This document shows positions 22,029-31,979 of a stretch of DNA of 64,000 nucleotides, piece by piece. Position 1 is the stretch's first letter; each line of letters starts with the position of its first letter. Both the position numbers and the translations under genes were made by a program. The stretch is from Clostridiales bacterium. Lineage in GTDB: Bacteria; Bacillota; Clostridia; SK-Y3. The notes under the pieces were generated by a model that worked only from the letters and a program-made list of their open reading frames with translations, was not told the origin of the DNA and ran no database searches. The stretch is from positions 2,437-66,436 of the forward strand of contig JASGMB010000003.1 of assembly GCA_030156665.1 (NCBI GenBank). The letters run 5' to 3'.

Positions 22029-23933
22029 TTATTGAATACGTTTAAATTGTTTCTCAATATAATATTTGGACATGGATATGACAATTGGCCTACCATGCGG
22101 ACATGTATTTATATTCTGCATTTTTAATAAATCTCCTATAAGTTTTTCCATTTCTTTAATATGCATGGTTTTATTTGCTTTAATTGCCGCTTTGCATGCC
22201 ACAGTATATAATGCACGTTCTTCAATATTCATTATCACTTCTTTTTTGTTTGACTTCTGTAAAATTTCTATAATTTCTATGAATAAATCTTTTAATTCTT
22301 GTTCTTGAAAATCAACAGGTGTTTGTCTAATCACAATTGAATTATTCCCAAAATCTTCTACTTCAAACCCTATATTCTTAAAAAATTCCATATTTTCTTT
22401 AACAATGTTAAATTCAATATCTGAAAGTATAATTACAACAGGGACAAGTAAAGTTTGCGGAACTACCTGATGGTTTTTCCGATTTAACATCAACTGTTCA
22501 TACATTAATCTTTCATGGGCTGCATGCTGGTCTATTAATAACATTTCACCATCTTTTTCTACTATAATATAAGTATTGAAAACTTGACCTATAATTTTAA
22601 AATCCAAATGATTTGAAACAACCGGCACAAAGTTAGTTTCAATGTTATTTTTATTATCACACGTAGTCTGAGAATATTTTAATTCTGCATCATATAAATT
22701 TTGTTTATTATTAAAAGCTGTTGTTTGTTCTTGAAAAGAAACAGACTGAGTCTTTATATTAGGAGTTTTTCCACCTTGTGACGGAATATTATATGCTGAT
22801 TCTTTTGAAGTATGAAGTACGACTGGTTTGCTAACCCTAATTTGTTCTTGTACCCATTCATCTTTAAAATCGTTATTTTTAGTATCGGTGTTTAAAATGT
22901 ATTGGTGTCCTTTCTTTTTAGGTAGTGTAACTTCCGGAACATGTTTCTGTGAATATAGTGCATTTTTCACAGCCCAATATACAGTTTGATAAACCTGCTT
23001 TTCATCGGAAAATTTAATTTCCATTTTAGTGGGATGCACATTTACATCAATTAGCATCGGATTAATATTTAGATAAAGGATTACAGTTGGAAATCTTTTA
23101 ACCGTTAACATATTTTTATATGCTTCTTCAACTGCATAAGTTAAAATCTTACTCTTTATATATCGTCCATTAATAAAAAAACTTTGAAAATTGCGATTTG
23201 CCCTTGCTGTATCTGCTTTCCCTACTAATCCTGTAATCTTAATACCTCCGTCAAAATGGTCTATAGGTATCATTGATTTTACAAAGTCCTTGCCATATAA
23301 AGCATATACACAACTTGTTAAATTATTATCACCAGGGGTAAAGGTAACTTCTTTTCCATTATTAATGTATTTAAAAGAAATTTCCGGATGGCCCAGAATC
23401 ATTCTATTTATTATATCACTAATGTATCCTGCCTCTGTAGCGTCTTTTTTCAAAAACTTCATTCTTGCAGGGGTGTTGTAAAAAAGATTTCTAACAACTA
23501 CAGTTGTTCCTTGCGGACATCCAATAGATTCCTGTTTTATTATTTTTCCGGCTTTTACAATTACATGTGTTCCCTCAGCACTATAAGATGTTTTGGTAAT
23601 CAATTCCACGTGTGATACAGCACTTATACTAGCCAAAGCCTCACCTCTAAATCCTAACGTTGTAATCGCATCCAGGTCTTCAGCAACTTGAATTTTACTA
23701 GTAGCATGCCGTTGAAAAGCTATAACTGCGTCCTCCTGATCAATACCGCTACCATTATCTGATACTCTAATATAAGTAATGCCTCCTTTTTTAATTTCAA
23801 CCGTTACTGCTTGAGCACCAGCATCTATAGCATTTTCTAGTAATTCTTTCACGACAGAGGAAGGGCGCTCAACAACTTCACCAGCAGCAATCATATTTGA
23901 AATTTTCGGATCAAGTATGTTAATTTTTTTCAT
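22029..23933 (-). CDS. mutL: DNA mismatch repair protein MutL
   Basis: GHKL ATPase N-terminus (IAAGEVVERPSSVVKELLENAIDAG, DNGSGI, GFRGEAL) and C-terminal endonuclease motif DQHAAHERL. Confidence 0.95.
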   Translation of the reverse strand: MKKINILDPKISNMIAAGEVVERPSSVVKELLENAIDAGAQAVTVEIKKGGITYIRVSDNGSGIDQEDAVIAFQRHATSKIQVAEDLDAITTLGFRGEALASISAVSHVELITKTSYSAEGTHVIVKAGKIIKQESIGCPQGTTVVVRNLFYNTPARMKFLKKDATEAGYISDIINRMILGHPEISFKYINNGKEVTFTPGDNNLTSCVYALYGKDFVKSMIPIDHFDGGIKITGLVGKADTARANRNFQSFFINGRYIKSKILTYAVEEAYKNMLTVKRFPTVILYLNINPMLIDVNVHPTKMEIKFSDEKQVYQTVYWAVKNALYSQKHVPEVTLPKKKGHQYILNTDTKNNDFKDEWVQEQIRVSKPVVLHTSKESAYNIPSQGGKTPNIKTQSVSFQEQTTAFNNKQNLYDAELKYSQTTCDNKNNIETNFVPVVSNHLDFKIIGQVFNTYIIVEKDGEMLLIDQHAAHERLMYEQLMLNRKNHQVVPQTLLVPVVIILSDIEFNIVKENMEFFKNIGFEVEDFGNNSIVIRQTPVDFQEQELKDLFIEIIEILQKSNKKEVIMNIEERALYTVACKAAIKANKTMHIKEMEKLIGDLLKMQNINTCPHGRPIVISMSKYYIEKQFKRIQ

Positions 23934-23983
23934 AATTACCTCCACATCGTATTAATGGAACGCATAATGATTGTATGATGATT

Positions 23984-26632
23984 TCATATCTCTTTCACTT
24001 TTTGTTGAAGTTCATATAACATATTCATTGCTTCAATTGGCGTCATTGTTGTTAACTCAATTTTTTTTAGCAAATCAATGATTTCATTTTTTGCTAGATC
24101 GCCTATTCCTATCTGATCTTCCGATATTTCGGCATTTTTTTTAGAAATCAGTTGATTGCCAGGTGTCGATTTAACTTTTACTGAAGATGCTCTATTAATA
24201 TCGGCATCTTCTAATGATTTTAGTATTTTTTTTGCTCTGTTGATAACTTCTATAGGAACACCAGCTAGCTTTGCAACTTCTATACCATAGCTGTCATCTG
24301 CACCTCCACGGATAATTTTACGGAGGAAAGTAATATCATCGCCTCTTTTTTTAACTGCAATACAGTAATTTTTTATTCCTTGTAATTTATCTTCAAGTTC
24401 TGTAAGTTCATGATAATGAGTTGCAAATAATGTTTTAGCACCTAATTTTTTTACATCGCAAATATATTCAATTACAGCCCATGCAATACTGAGCCCATCA
24501 TAGGTACTTGTTCCTCTCCCTATTTCATCTAATATTAACAAACTCTTTTGTGACGCATTATTAAGAATATTTGCAACCTCACTCATTTCCACCATAAAAG
24601 TACTTTGACCCGAAGCCAGATCATCAGAAGCACCTACACGAGTAAAGATTTTATCTACTATGCCAATTTTAGCTGAAGAAACCGGAACAAAACTTCCAAT
24701 CTGTGCCATTAACACAATTAATGCAACTTGTCTCATATATGTAGATTTTCCTGCCATATTAGGACCAGTGATAATGGATAGCCTATTGTCTTGATTGTCC
24801 ATTAAAGTATCATTTGGCACAAACATATTATTGCTTAGCATTCTTTCGACTACCGGATGCCTGCCATCTTTGATAATAATTTTATCTGATAAATCTACTT
24901 CAGGCATACAGTAGTTGTTTTTTTGTGCAACTTCTGCTAAAGAGCAGAGTACATCTACAACGGAAATAACTTTTGCACTTTTTTGAATTCTATCAACTTG
25001 TGAGGCAATTTTATCCCGTATTTCAGAAAAAATCTGATATTCCAGCTGAACAATCTTTTCTTCAGCACCTAGAATAGTATTTTCAATTTCTTTTAATTCA
25101 GGAGTAATATATCTTTCACAATTTGCCAAGGTTTGCTTTCGAATGTATCTTTCAGGAACACTGGCTAAATTTGATTTTGTCACCTCAATAAAATATCCAA
25201 ATACTTTATTAAAACCTACCTTTAAATTTTTAATCCCTGTTTTTCCCCGTTCTTCATATTCTAGTTTTGCAATCCACTCTTTTCCTTCTGTGGTTGCTTT
25301 TCTGAGTTTATCAACATCTTCATTGAATCCCTCTTTTATAATTCCCCCCTCTCGTACAGAAAGGGGAGGGTCATCTACAATGGATGACTCAATGAGCTGA
25401 TAGATATCTTCCAATACATCTAATTGTATATATGCTTTTTTCAATAGAGAAGTACTACATTTATCTAAATGATTTTTTATTTCCGGTAAAAAAGAAATTG
25501 ACTTCTTTAAAGCTATTAAATCTCTGCAATTAACGGAATTATAAATAATTTTGCTTAATAATCTTTCGATATCATAAATATTTTTTAAACATTCACTTAA
25601 GTCTCTTCTTAATATAATGTCATCAAACAATTCTTTTACAGCAAATAACCTTTTATTAATTTGCGTGCAATTTACTAAGGGTTGTTCTATCCATTTACGT
25701 AATAACCTTCCACCCATAGCTGTTTGCGTTTTATCTAATACCCAAAGTAAAGAACCTTTTCTAGCTTTTTCACGCATAGTTTCTGTCAGTTCTAAATTTC
25801 TACGAGTAGAAATATCGATATCCATGAATTGCTTATTAGAATAATAATTAATCGTATTAATATGAGATAAACCAACTTTTTGTGTTTGCTCTAGATATTC
25901 TAATAAAGCTCCAACTGTTTTAATAGCATGATGGTTATCTTTGAGTCCGGTACTATCTAATGTTAATATTTTGAATTGTTTTTTTATTTTCTCCGAAGCT
26001 GCTTCCAACTCAAAACTCCAATCATAAAAATACTCAATATAACAATTAAATCTATCTTTTATCATTTTAGTAATCGCATAGTCATCAATCACAGATTGAT
26101 TTGATATAATTTCAGAAGGAGAATACCTTGCTAGTTCATTCATCAAATTATATATATAATCTGGTTGACTAAATTGGGTTGCATATAGCTCTCCTGTAGT
26201 TACATCGACTAAAGATAACCCTATACCATTATCATCTTTGAATATACAAGCTAAAAAATTATTTTTCTTCTCATCTAATACAGTTGAATCTGTAACGGTA
26301 CCAGGAGTAATTACACGAATTACGTCTCTTTGTACAATTCCTTTTGCTTCACTCGGATCTTGCACCTGTTCACAAATTGCCACCTTATAACCTTTATTTA
26401 TAAGTTTAGCAATATAAGTATCTGCAGAATGAAAAGGAACACCACACATAGGTGCTCTCTCTTTTTGACCGCAATCTCTACCTGTAAGTGTAATTTCCAA
26501 CTCCCTGGATGCTGTTTCTGCATCTTCAAAAAACATTTCATAGAAATCGCCAAGACGGAAAAATAAAATGCAATCTTTATATTGTTCTTTAATTTGTATA
26601 TATTGCTGCATCATGGGTGTTAAATTAGTCAT
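23984..26632 (-). CDS. mutS: DNA mismatch repair protein MutS
   Basis: TPMMQQY..FFRLGDFYE mismatch-binding motif, Walker A GPNMAGKST and DEIGRGTSTYDG. ATG at 26632 follows AAGGGGGG. Confidence 0.97.
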   Translation of the reverse strand: MTNLTPMMQQYIQIKEQYKDCILFFRLGDFYEMFFEDAETASRELEITLTGRDCGQKERAPMCGVPFHSADTYIAKLINKGYKVAICEQVQDPSEAKGIVQRDVIRVITPGTVTDSTVLDEKKNNFLACIFKDDNGIGLSLVDVTTGELYATQFSQPDYIYNLMNELARYSPSEIISNQSVIDDYAITKMIKDRFNCYIEYFYDWSFELEAASEKIKKQFKILTLDSTGLKDNHHAIKTVGALLEYLEQTQKVGLSHINTINYYSNKQFMDIDISTRRNLELTETMREKARKGSLLWVLDKTQTAMGGRLLRKWIEQPLVNCTQINKRLFAVKELFDDIILRRDLSECLKNIYDIERLLSKIIYNSVNCRDLIALKKSISFLPEIKNHLDKCSTSLLKKAYIQLDVLEDIYQLIESSIVDDPPLSVREGGIIKEGFNEDVDKLRKATTEGKEWIAKLEYEERGKTGIKNLKVGFNKVFGYFIEVTKSNLASVPERYIRKQTLANCERYITPELKEIENTILGAEEKIVQLEYQIFSEIRDKIASQVDRIQKSAKVISVVDVLCSLAEVAQKNNYCMPEVDLSDKIIIKDGRHPVVERMLSNNMFVPNDTLMDNQDNRLSIITGPNMAGKSTYMRQVALIVLMAQIGSFVPVSSAKIGIVDKIFTRVGASDDLASGQSTFMVEMSEVANILNNASQKSLLILDEIGRGTSTYDGLSIAWAVIEYICDVKKLGAKTLFATHYHELTELEDKLQGIKNYCIAVKKRGDDITFLRKIIRGGADDSYGIEVAKLAGVPIEVINRAKKILKSLEDADINRASSVKVKSTPGNQLISKKNAEISEDQIGIGDLAKNEIIDLLKKIELTTMTPIEAMNMLYELQQKVKEI

Positions 26633-26643
26633 TCTATCCCCCC

Positions 26644-27042
26644 TTATGAACAACCTTTGCAAGAACCACACCGGCTCGATGAACAACCTTTTTTTTCTTC
26701 ATTATTAATACCATTAATATAATAGTTAATTACACTATTAATAGTGTAAACTAACTGTTCAAAATCCCGCTTCGCTTCTACATATTCTTTTATATTTTGA
26801 TTTTGCATCATATTTTCAAAATCATTTTGCAGTTGTTGTTGAATTTTTTTGAGTTCGTCAGCAGTTAATTCACCTTGCTTTATAGCACTCATAGTTCTAT
26901 TTTTTCTGTCATTGTAATACTTTAATAATTTTTGTGCTTCTTTATCATTTAATTGTGCTATTTCCGCATCTTTTAGTCTTAAATATTGTTCAGATTCAAC
27001 TAACATTTTGCCCAGCTCTCTTGCTTTTTCTATAATATCCAT
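26644..27042 (-). CDS. YlbF/YmcA (RicA-like) family protein with Cys-rich C-terminal tail
   Basis: Helical Com_YlbF-like sequence sitting directly downstream of miaB, as ymcA does in B. subtilis. Ends in KKGCSSSRCGSCKGCS. Confidence 0.7.
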   Translation of the reverse strand: MDIIEKARELGKMLVESEQYLRLKDAEIAQLNDKEAQKLLKYYNDRKNRTMSAIKQGELTADELKKIQQQLQNDFENMMQNQNIKEYVEAKRDFEQLVYTINSVINYYINGINNEEKKGCSSSRCGSCKGCS

Positions 27043-28481
27043 TAAAAATTCTCCTTAACTACTTGTCCCGATAGAGACCATGTTTGAACATTATCAATTT
27101 TAATATTTATTAACTTGCCAATCATGCTGTCATCTCCAGGAAAATTTACAATTTTTCCTGTACGGGTTCTCCCTGTGAGTATTTCAGCGTTAGTTTTACT
27201 ATATCCTTCTACTAAAACTTCAACAATTTTTCCCAGATATTGTTGATTTTTTTTCAAAGAAATTTTATTTTGCATGTCTAATAATTTTTGAAAATTTGCC
27301 TGTTTTTCCTCCATGCTTATAACATCTTTCATTTTTTCAGCTGGAGTACCCTTTCTAGGAGAATATATAAAAGTAAATAACGAATCAAATTCAACTTGTC
27401 TAACAACCTCCAATGTATCTTCAAAGTCTTCATTTGTTTCTCCAGGAAAACCTACAATTACATCACTGGTAAGGGCAATGTCCGGAATAGCATTTTTTAC
27501 TTTATTTATAATTTCAAGGTACTTTTCTTTTGTGTATTTTCGATTCATTAGATGTAATACCCTATTACTGCCTGCTTGGAACGGTAAGTGTAATTGTTCA
27601 CAAACATTTTTACATTCACTCATCGTTTGAATGAGTTTATCACTTATATCTTTTGGGTGAGAAGTCATAAATCGAATTCTTTGTATACCATCGATTTCAT
27701 TAACAGTCTTTAATAAATCGGCAAAATCCATGGGTTTTTCTAAATCTTTGCCATAGGAATTCACATTTTGTCCTAATAACGTAATTTCTTTATACCCTTC
27801 CGAAACTAGCTGTTTAATCTCACTGACAATATCTTGTGGATTTCTACTGCGTTCTCGTCCTCTGACATAAGGTACGATACAATAAGAACAAAAATTATTG
27901 CATCCATACATAATAGAAACCCATGCTTTTGTGCTTCCTTCTCTATGAATGGGTATATCCTCTACAATATATCCATCAGTATTTAATATGTCAATGACGG
28001 TGTAAGCTTCATTCATTGCCTTATCTAAAACTTCCGGGAATCTATATAAAGTATGCGTACCAAATACCATGTCTACATGTTTATATTTCTTTTTTATTTG
28101 CTTAACGACATGTTCCTGTTGCATCATACATCCACATAGACCAATTAACATATGGGGCTTCTTTGCTTTTAAATGTTTTAGTGCACCTACATTTCCAAAT
28201 ACCTTTAATTCCGCATTTTCTCTAACTGCACAAGTATTATAGATGATTAAATCGGCTTCTTCTTTTTCCTCAGTAAATTCATAGCCCATATCTCTTAACA
28301 TGCCTCTTAAACGTTCAGAATCATTTTCATTCTGTTGGCAGCCATAAGTAACAACTACAGCACGTTTTTTTTCACCTGTTCGCTGTATATCAAAATCGTT
28401 CCTCTGTCTTATTCTATTGATTATTTCTTTTTGCTGATTTATTTCTTCAATAGGAATTTGAATTTTCTCTCTTTTGCTCAA
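27042..28481 (-). CDS. miaB: tRNA-i6A37 methylthiotransferase MiaB
   Basis: UPF0004 N-terminal domain, radical-SAM CNNFCSYCIVP and C-terminal TRAM domain. TTG start with AGAGGTG RBS. Confidence 0.95.
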   Translation of the reverse strand: MSKREKIQIPIEEINQQKEIINRIRQRNDFDIQRTGEKKRAVVVTYGCQQNENDSERLRGMLRDMGYEFTEEKEEADLIIYNTCAVRENAELKVFGNVGALKHLKAKKPHMLIGLCGCMMQQEHVVKQIKKKYKHVDMVFGTHTLYRFPEVLDKAMNEAYTVIDILNTDGYIVEDIPIHREGSTKAWVSIMYGCNNFCSYCIVPYVRGRERSRNPQDIVSEIKQLVSEGYKEITLLGQNVNSYGKDLEKPMDFADLLKTVNEIDGIQRIRFMTSHPKDISDKLIQTMSECKNVCEQLHLPFQAGSNRVLHLMNRKYTKEKYLEIINKVKNAIPDIALTSDVIVGFPGETNEDFEDTLEVVRQVEFDSLFTFIYSPRKGTPAEKMKDVISMEEKQANFQKLLDMQNKISLKKNQQYLGKIVEVLVEGYSKTNAEILTGRTRTGKIVNFPGDDSMIGKLINIKIDNVQTWSLSGQVVKENF

Positions 28482-28869
28482 TTTTAATGCACCTCTATTT
28501 TATACTTTTATAATTATGGACACAATGTTTTCAAATATTACTAAATACATGTATATAACTATAAAACTTTATTCTTATATATGCTTTAATAGTAATAGTA
28601 TCATATTTTTTTCGACAATTAAACATTTTAGAATTATTTTCTGATAAAAGCTTGATTTCATCAATAAATTAATGTATATATTTAACTTAATGTTTTGCTT
28701 TGAAAATTACCATCGATGTATAAAATACGTTATATTTATATATTTAGGGAAATTATAAATAATATTTCCTGGGAATTAAGAAAATTCAATATTTTACGAC
28801 AAATTTTTCTATAGCTGATTTAGAACTAAAAGTAAAAAAGTCTTTTTATAAAAGATTCTCAAGGTTGAA

Positions 28870-28952
28870 TTTTTTGAAACACATGACGGAAATTATAAAT
28901 AAATTTATCCACAGAATACAAAGGTTTATAATTTCCTATGTGTTATAAAAAA
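28870..28952. repeat. Intergenic hairpin element, copy C (core hairpin only)
   Basis: TTTTTTGAAACACATGACGGAAATTATAAA..loop..TTTATAATTTCCTATGTGTTATAAAAAAC. Homologous to 44300-44371 and 40413-40480, with compensatory stem changes. Confidence 0.55.
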
Positions 28953-28987
28953 CTCAGTTTTTTTGAATTAAAAATAGGATATGTGAT

Positions 28988-29242
28988 TCACATACCCTTG
29001 TAATCCAATCGCTTAGCTAACCCTTTTTTTAATAGTTCCTTTACTAAACTCTCACATTTTTCTTCTAAATCCGTTACTTGTGTATCTACGTCCTTATCGA
29101 AAAACCTCATCATTAGATACTCTACATCATTAGCATATTCTAATGTTGAAATATCTTCATCTATTAAATGATCTTTTTTCATTTGTTTTACAATATCTAC
29201 ATAATCACCTTTATATTCAATGCCATCCATCTCAATTCTCAT
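28988..29242 (-). CDS. Hypothetical protein (84 aa, acidic, helical)
   Basis: ORF with GAGGTGA RBS, last gene of the 31.6-29.0 kb minus-strand cluster. No family recognised. Confidence 0.45.
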   Translation of the reverse strand: MRIEMDGIEYKGDYVDIVKQMKKDHLIDEDISTLEYANDVEYLMMRFFDKDVDTQVTDLEEKCESLVKELLKKGLAKRLDYKGM

Positions 29243-29322
29243 AAAATCACCTCAAATGATATCTTACCCATTTAAGAGGAAATTTATAAATTGCATTATT
29301 TATCTTACAGGTATTATAATAA

Positions 29323-29895
29323 TTATTTTTCTCCTGTTATCACATAGAAATCTATTCCTAAATTCATATGTACAAGATTTCTATATTCATTATTTTTTAG
29401 AAATACTTCTAAATCGTGTTTATCTATTCGGTGGTGTATAGGTGGTCCATAGTCACTTACTTTTTTTTCCCATTCAATAATTACTATTTTTCCCCCTGGG
29501 GCAACTATGCGCTTAATTTCTTTTAAAAACATTTCTAAGTTTTCCACTTCATGTAATATATTAGATAAAAAAGCATAAGTAATAGTTTCGTCTTGTAATT
29601 TTAGATCATTTTCATTTACCCTAATTGTTTTAATATTTTGGATATTTTCTTCAGCAGCTTTATTTTTAACTTCTTCTAACATTTGAGGCGAAATATCCAA
29701 TGCAAATACTGTTCCTTTATTTCCCACAATTTTTGCAGCAGGAATCGTAAAATATCCAATACCACAGCCAATATCGGCCATAATATCTTCTTTCTTTAAT
29801 TTTAATTTTTTTAGCGTTTCTTCTGGCGGGAGAATTTCTCTTCTTTTTTGGTTATCCAACTTACCTCTATTTTTTACATCAAATTTGTGACTCAT
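29323..29895 (-). CDS. Class I SAM-dependent methyltransferase
   Basis: SAM-binding motif I (MADIGCGIGYFTIPAA), post-I acidic residue (ALD) and a Methyltransf_11-like layout. Confidence 0.8.
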   Translation of the reverse strand: MSHKFDVKNRGKLDNQKRREILPPEETLKKLKLKKEDIMADIGCGIGYFTIPAAKIVGNKGTVFALDISPQMLEEVKNKAAEENIQNIKTIRVNENDLKLQDETITYAFLSNILHEVENLEMFLKEIKRIVAPGGKIVIIEWEKKVSDYGPPIHHRIDKHDLEVFLKNNEYRNLVHMNLGIDFYVITGEK

Positions 29896-29972
29896 TTTTT
29901 ATTCTCCTCTCATAAACATTTTATATATAGTTTCTTAACCTGCTATTATTTTAAGGTTTAATACAATAATAT

Positions 29973-30173
29973 TTATTTTTTCCAAACGTCCTCGATCAGT
30001 TTTTCAATTTCTTGTTTTTTCTTTTTAGTTCCTTTTCTATCCACCTGAACAATTAAAACATCTCCTTCCTTTGCATCTTCAGGTATAATCGCTTTTGGTA
30101 TACTCATGATGGATTTGTTAGGAAGTTCAACAACTACAAAGTCATCTTGAAATCTATCAATAATTATCTTCAT
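29973..30173 (-). CDS. DUF3006-like small protein
   Basis: MKIIIDRFQDDFVVVEL..IPEDAKEGDVL pattern typical of DUF3006, which commonly partners ComEC-type MBL proteins. ATG at 30173 follows GAGGTGG. Confidence 0.65.
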   Translation of the reverse strand: MKIIIDRFQDDFVVVELPNKSIMSIPKAIIPEDAKEGDVLIVQVDRKGTKKKKQEIEKLIEDVWKK

Positions 30174-30220
30174 ATTTATCATCCACCTCTTCACATAATC
30201 TCCTTATCTTGTTTCACTTT

Positions 30221-31507
30221 TTACTGATTGGAAACTAAATTACCGCGACTATCATATAATTCTCCTTTATCCCCATCGTTGCTCCAGATATATACAGGTT
30301 TTTCAGACCACCTTAAATCTCCCTTTGACTCACCGCTTGCTACAGTTACAGCTTCTCCGGCTTTCAAAATATATCCACGGGGAAAGTAAAATTCTTGATT
30401 TCCTTTTATAGATACAATTTTCCAGCCGGTCATATCCACATCTGTATTATTACGATTTTGAATAACTACAACTTCAGCCTCTAGGTCAATGTTTACAATT
30501 TCTACACCGGTATTTATTAAATCCTTTTTGTTGCCCGATTCTCCGCTAGATACATCATTTTTTGCATTAAATATACTGTTATATTTTATGTTATTATCCT
30601 TTGATACAGTCTTTTGCCCTGCTTTATTAAAAGAAATATATTTTCCATTACTTACTGCTACAATTGTACCAAGTTGGTCTGTTCTAAATATCTGTATCTC
30701 TGCGTTGATTAATTTATGAATTGTTTCCTTATGAGGATGTCCATACTCATTTCCCTTTCCTGCAGATATAATTGCATATTTAGGCGAAACAGCTTTTAAA
30801 AATCTATTGGTGGTGGAAGTGGAGCTGCCATGATGGCCAAGTTTTAGAATATCAGCTTTTAAGTTTATGTTCTTAGTTAAAACTTCTTTCTCTACTTCTG
30901 CCTCTGCATCACCAGTGAAAATAAAACTTACCTCGCCATAGGTTAGCTTCATTATAGGAGAATAATTATTTAAATTATCATATTTCGAAAGGTTCGGAGA
31001 AAACATTTCTAACTTAATATTTTGATCTAAATTTAGTTTTACCCCTGTTTTAGCAGTTTCAACCTTTAATCCTTTATTTCTAACCGCTGATAGAACATCC
31101 TTAAATGTTTCTGTGTTATGAGATACTTTAGGCATATACACGCATTTAACGTCCAATGAATTTATAACATTGTCTAATCCTCCAATATGATCAGAATGTG
31201 GGTGAGTTCCGATAACATAATCAAGTTTCTTAATTCCCTGTTTTTTAATATAATTTACAACTGACTTTCCTTTATCGTTTTCACCTGCATCAATCAACAT
31301 TGTTTTTCCCGAGGGAGTTTGAATAAGGGTAGAATCACCTTGTCCAACATCTATAAAATGAATAGCAAGATTCGCTGACACGACATCACTGTTATATAAA
31401 ATACTATCTGAAGGATTTTTGTTTGTATTACTGCAACCTATATTTAAAATTATAAATAAACATACAATTATTACTATAGATAATTTTTTTCTATTACTTC
31501 TTTTCAT
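30221..31507 (-). CDS. Secreted or lipoprotein ComEC-type metallo-beta-lactamase-fold hydrolase with C-terminal lamin-tail domain
   Basis: Signal peptide ending IGCS, MBL motifs (HFIDVGQGDSTLI, HPHSDHIGG, KLGHHGS) and a C-terminal LTD-like beta domain (VVIQNRNNTDVDMTGWKI..GELYDSRGNLV). Confidence 0.8.
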   Translation of the reverse strand: MKRSNRKKLSIVIIVCLFIILNIGCSNTNKNPSDSILYNSDVVSANLAIHFIDVGQGDSTLIQTPSGKTMLIDAGENDKGKSVVNYIKKQGIKKLDYVIGTHPHSDHIGGLDNVINSLDVKCVYMPKVSHNTETFKDVLSAVRNKGLKVETAKTGVKLNLDQNIKLEMFSPNLSKYDNLNNYSPIMKLTYGEVSFIFTGDAEAEVEKEVLTKNINLKADILKLGHHGSSTSTTNRFLKAVSPKYAIISAGKGNEYGHPHKETIHKLINAEIQIFRTDQLGTIVAVSNGKYISFNKAGQKTVSKDNNIKYNSIFNAKNDVSSGESGNKKDLINTGVEIVNIDLEAEVVVIQNRNNTDVDMTGWKIVSIKGNQEFYFPRGYILKAGEAVTVASGESKGDLRWSEKPVYIWSNDGDKGELYDSRGNLVSNQ

Positions 31508-31640
31508 TATTTCCTCTCCTATATTTTACAATAACTTTACTTAAATCATGTTTTCTGGCAACAGCAACTGCATTTCCAGTTTCTGTAACTTTTTTAATCA
31601 CTTGTTTTTTATATTTAACACTATGTCTTTTCCTTTGCAT
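31494..31640 (-). pseudogene. 48-codon IS3-family OrfA-like HTH fragment (transposase remnant or domesticated mini-HTH)
   Basis: My translation is MQRKRHSVKYKKQVIKKVTETGNAVAVARKHDLSKVIVKYRRGNNEKK. It resembles the N-terminal HTH of IS3 OrfA proteins (RK.S.EFK..V...LE.G.SV.EVAR..GIS). GGAGAGGG RBS; overlaps the start of the MBL gene out of frame. Confidence 0.4.
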
Positions 31641-31934
31641 CTATCCCTCTCCAACTCACATCTTTATTATACATGAGCTTATGCTATTTGTCTAAGATGG
31701 TTAGAGGCTTGATAGAGCAGTCAAAATTTTATTCAAAACCAACGCGGCCACTGCTATGCATTAAATCATCTCTTAGATGCAATATTCATTGTAAAATGAC
31801 ATTGTAATATAGTGTTCTTTTTCGTACTAATGTATATGTAGTAATAAAATAGTATATAAGCAATTTTATATTTTTACTAAACTCATGTTGAATTTAAAAC
31901 TCAGTAGTTAGACTGAAAAAATAGTACATAAGAA

Positions 31935-31966
31935 GAAAACTCAATGCCTTCTAAGCATCGAGTTTC
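31935..31966 (-). terminator. Intrinsic terminator downstream of rnpB
   Basis: Minus strand GGAAACTCGATGC-TTAGAAG-GCATTGAGTTTTC followed by TTCTT. Confidence 0.6.
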
Positions 31967-31979
31967 CACATTATACAAC

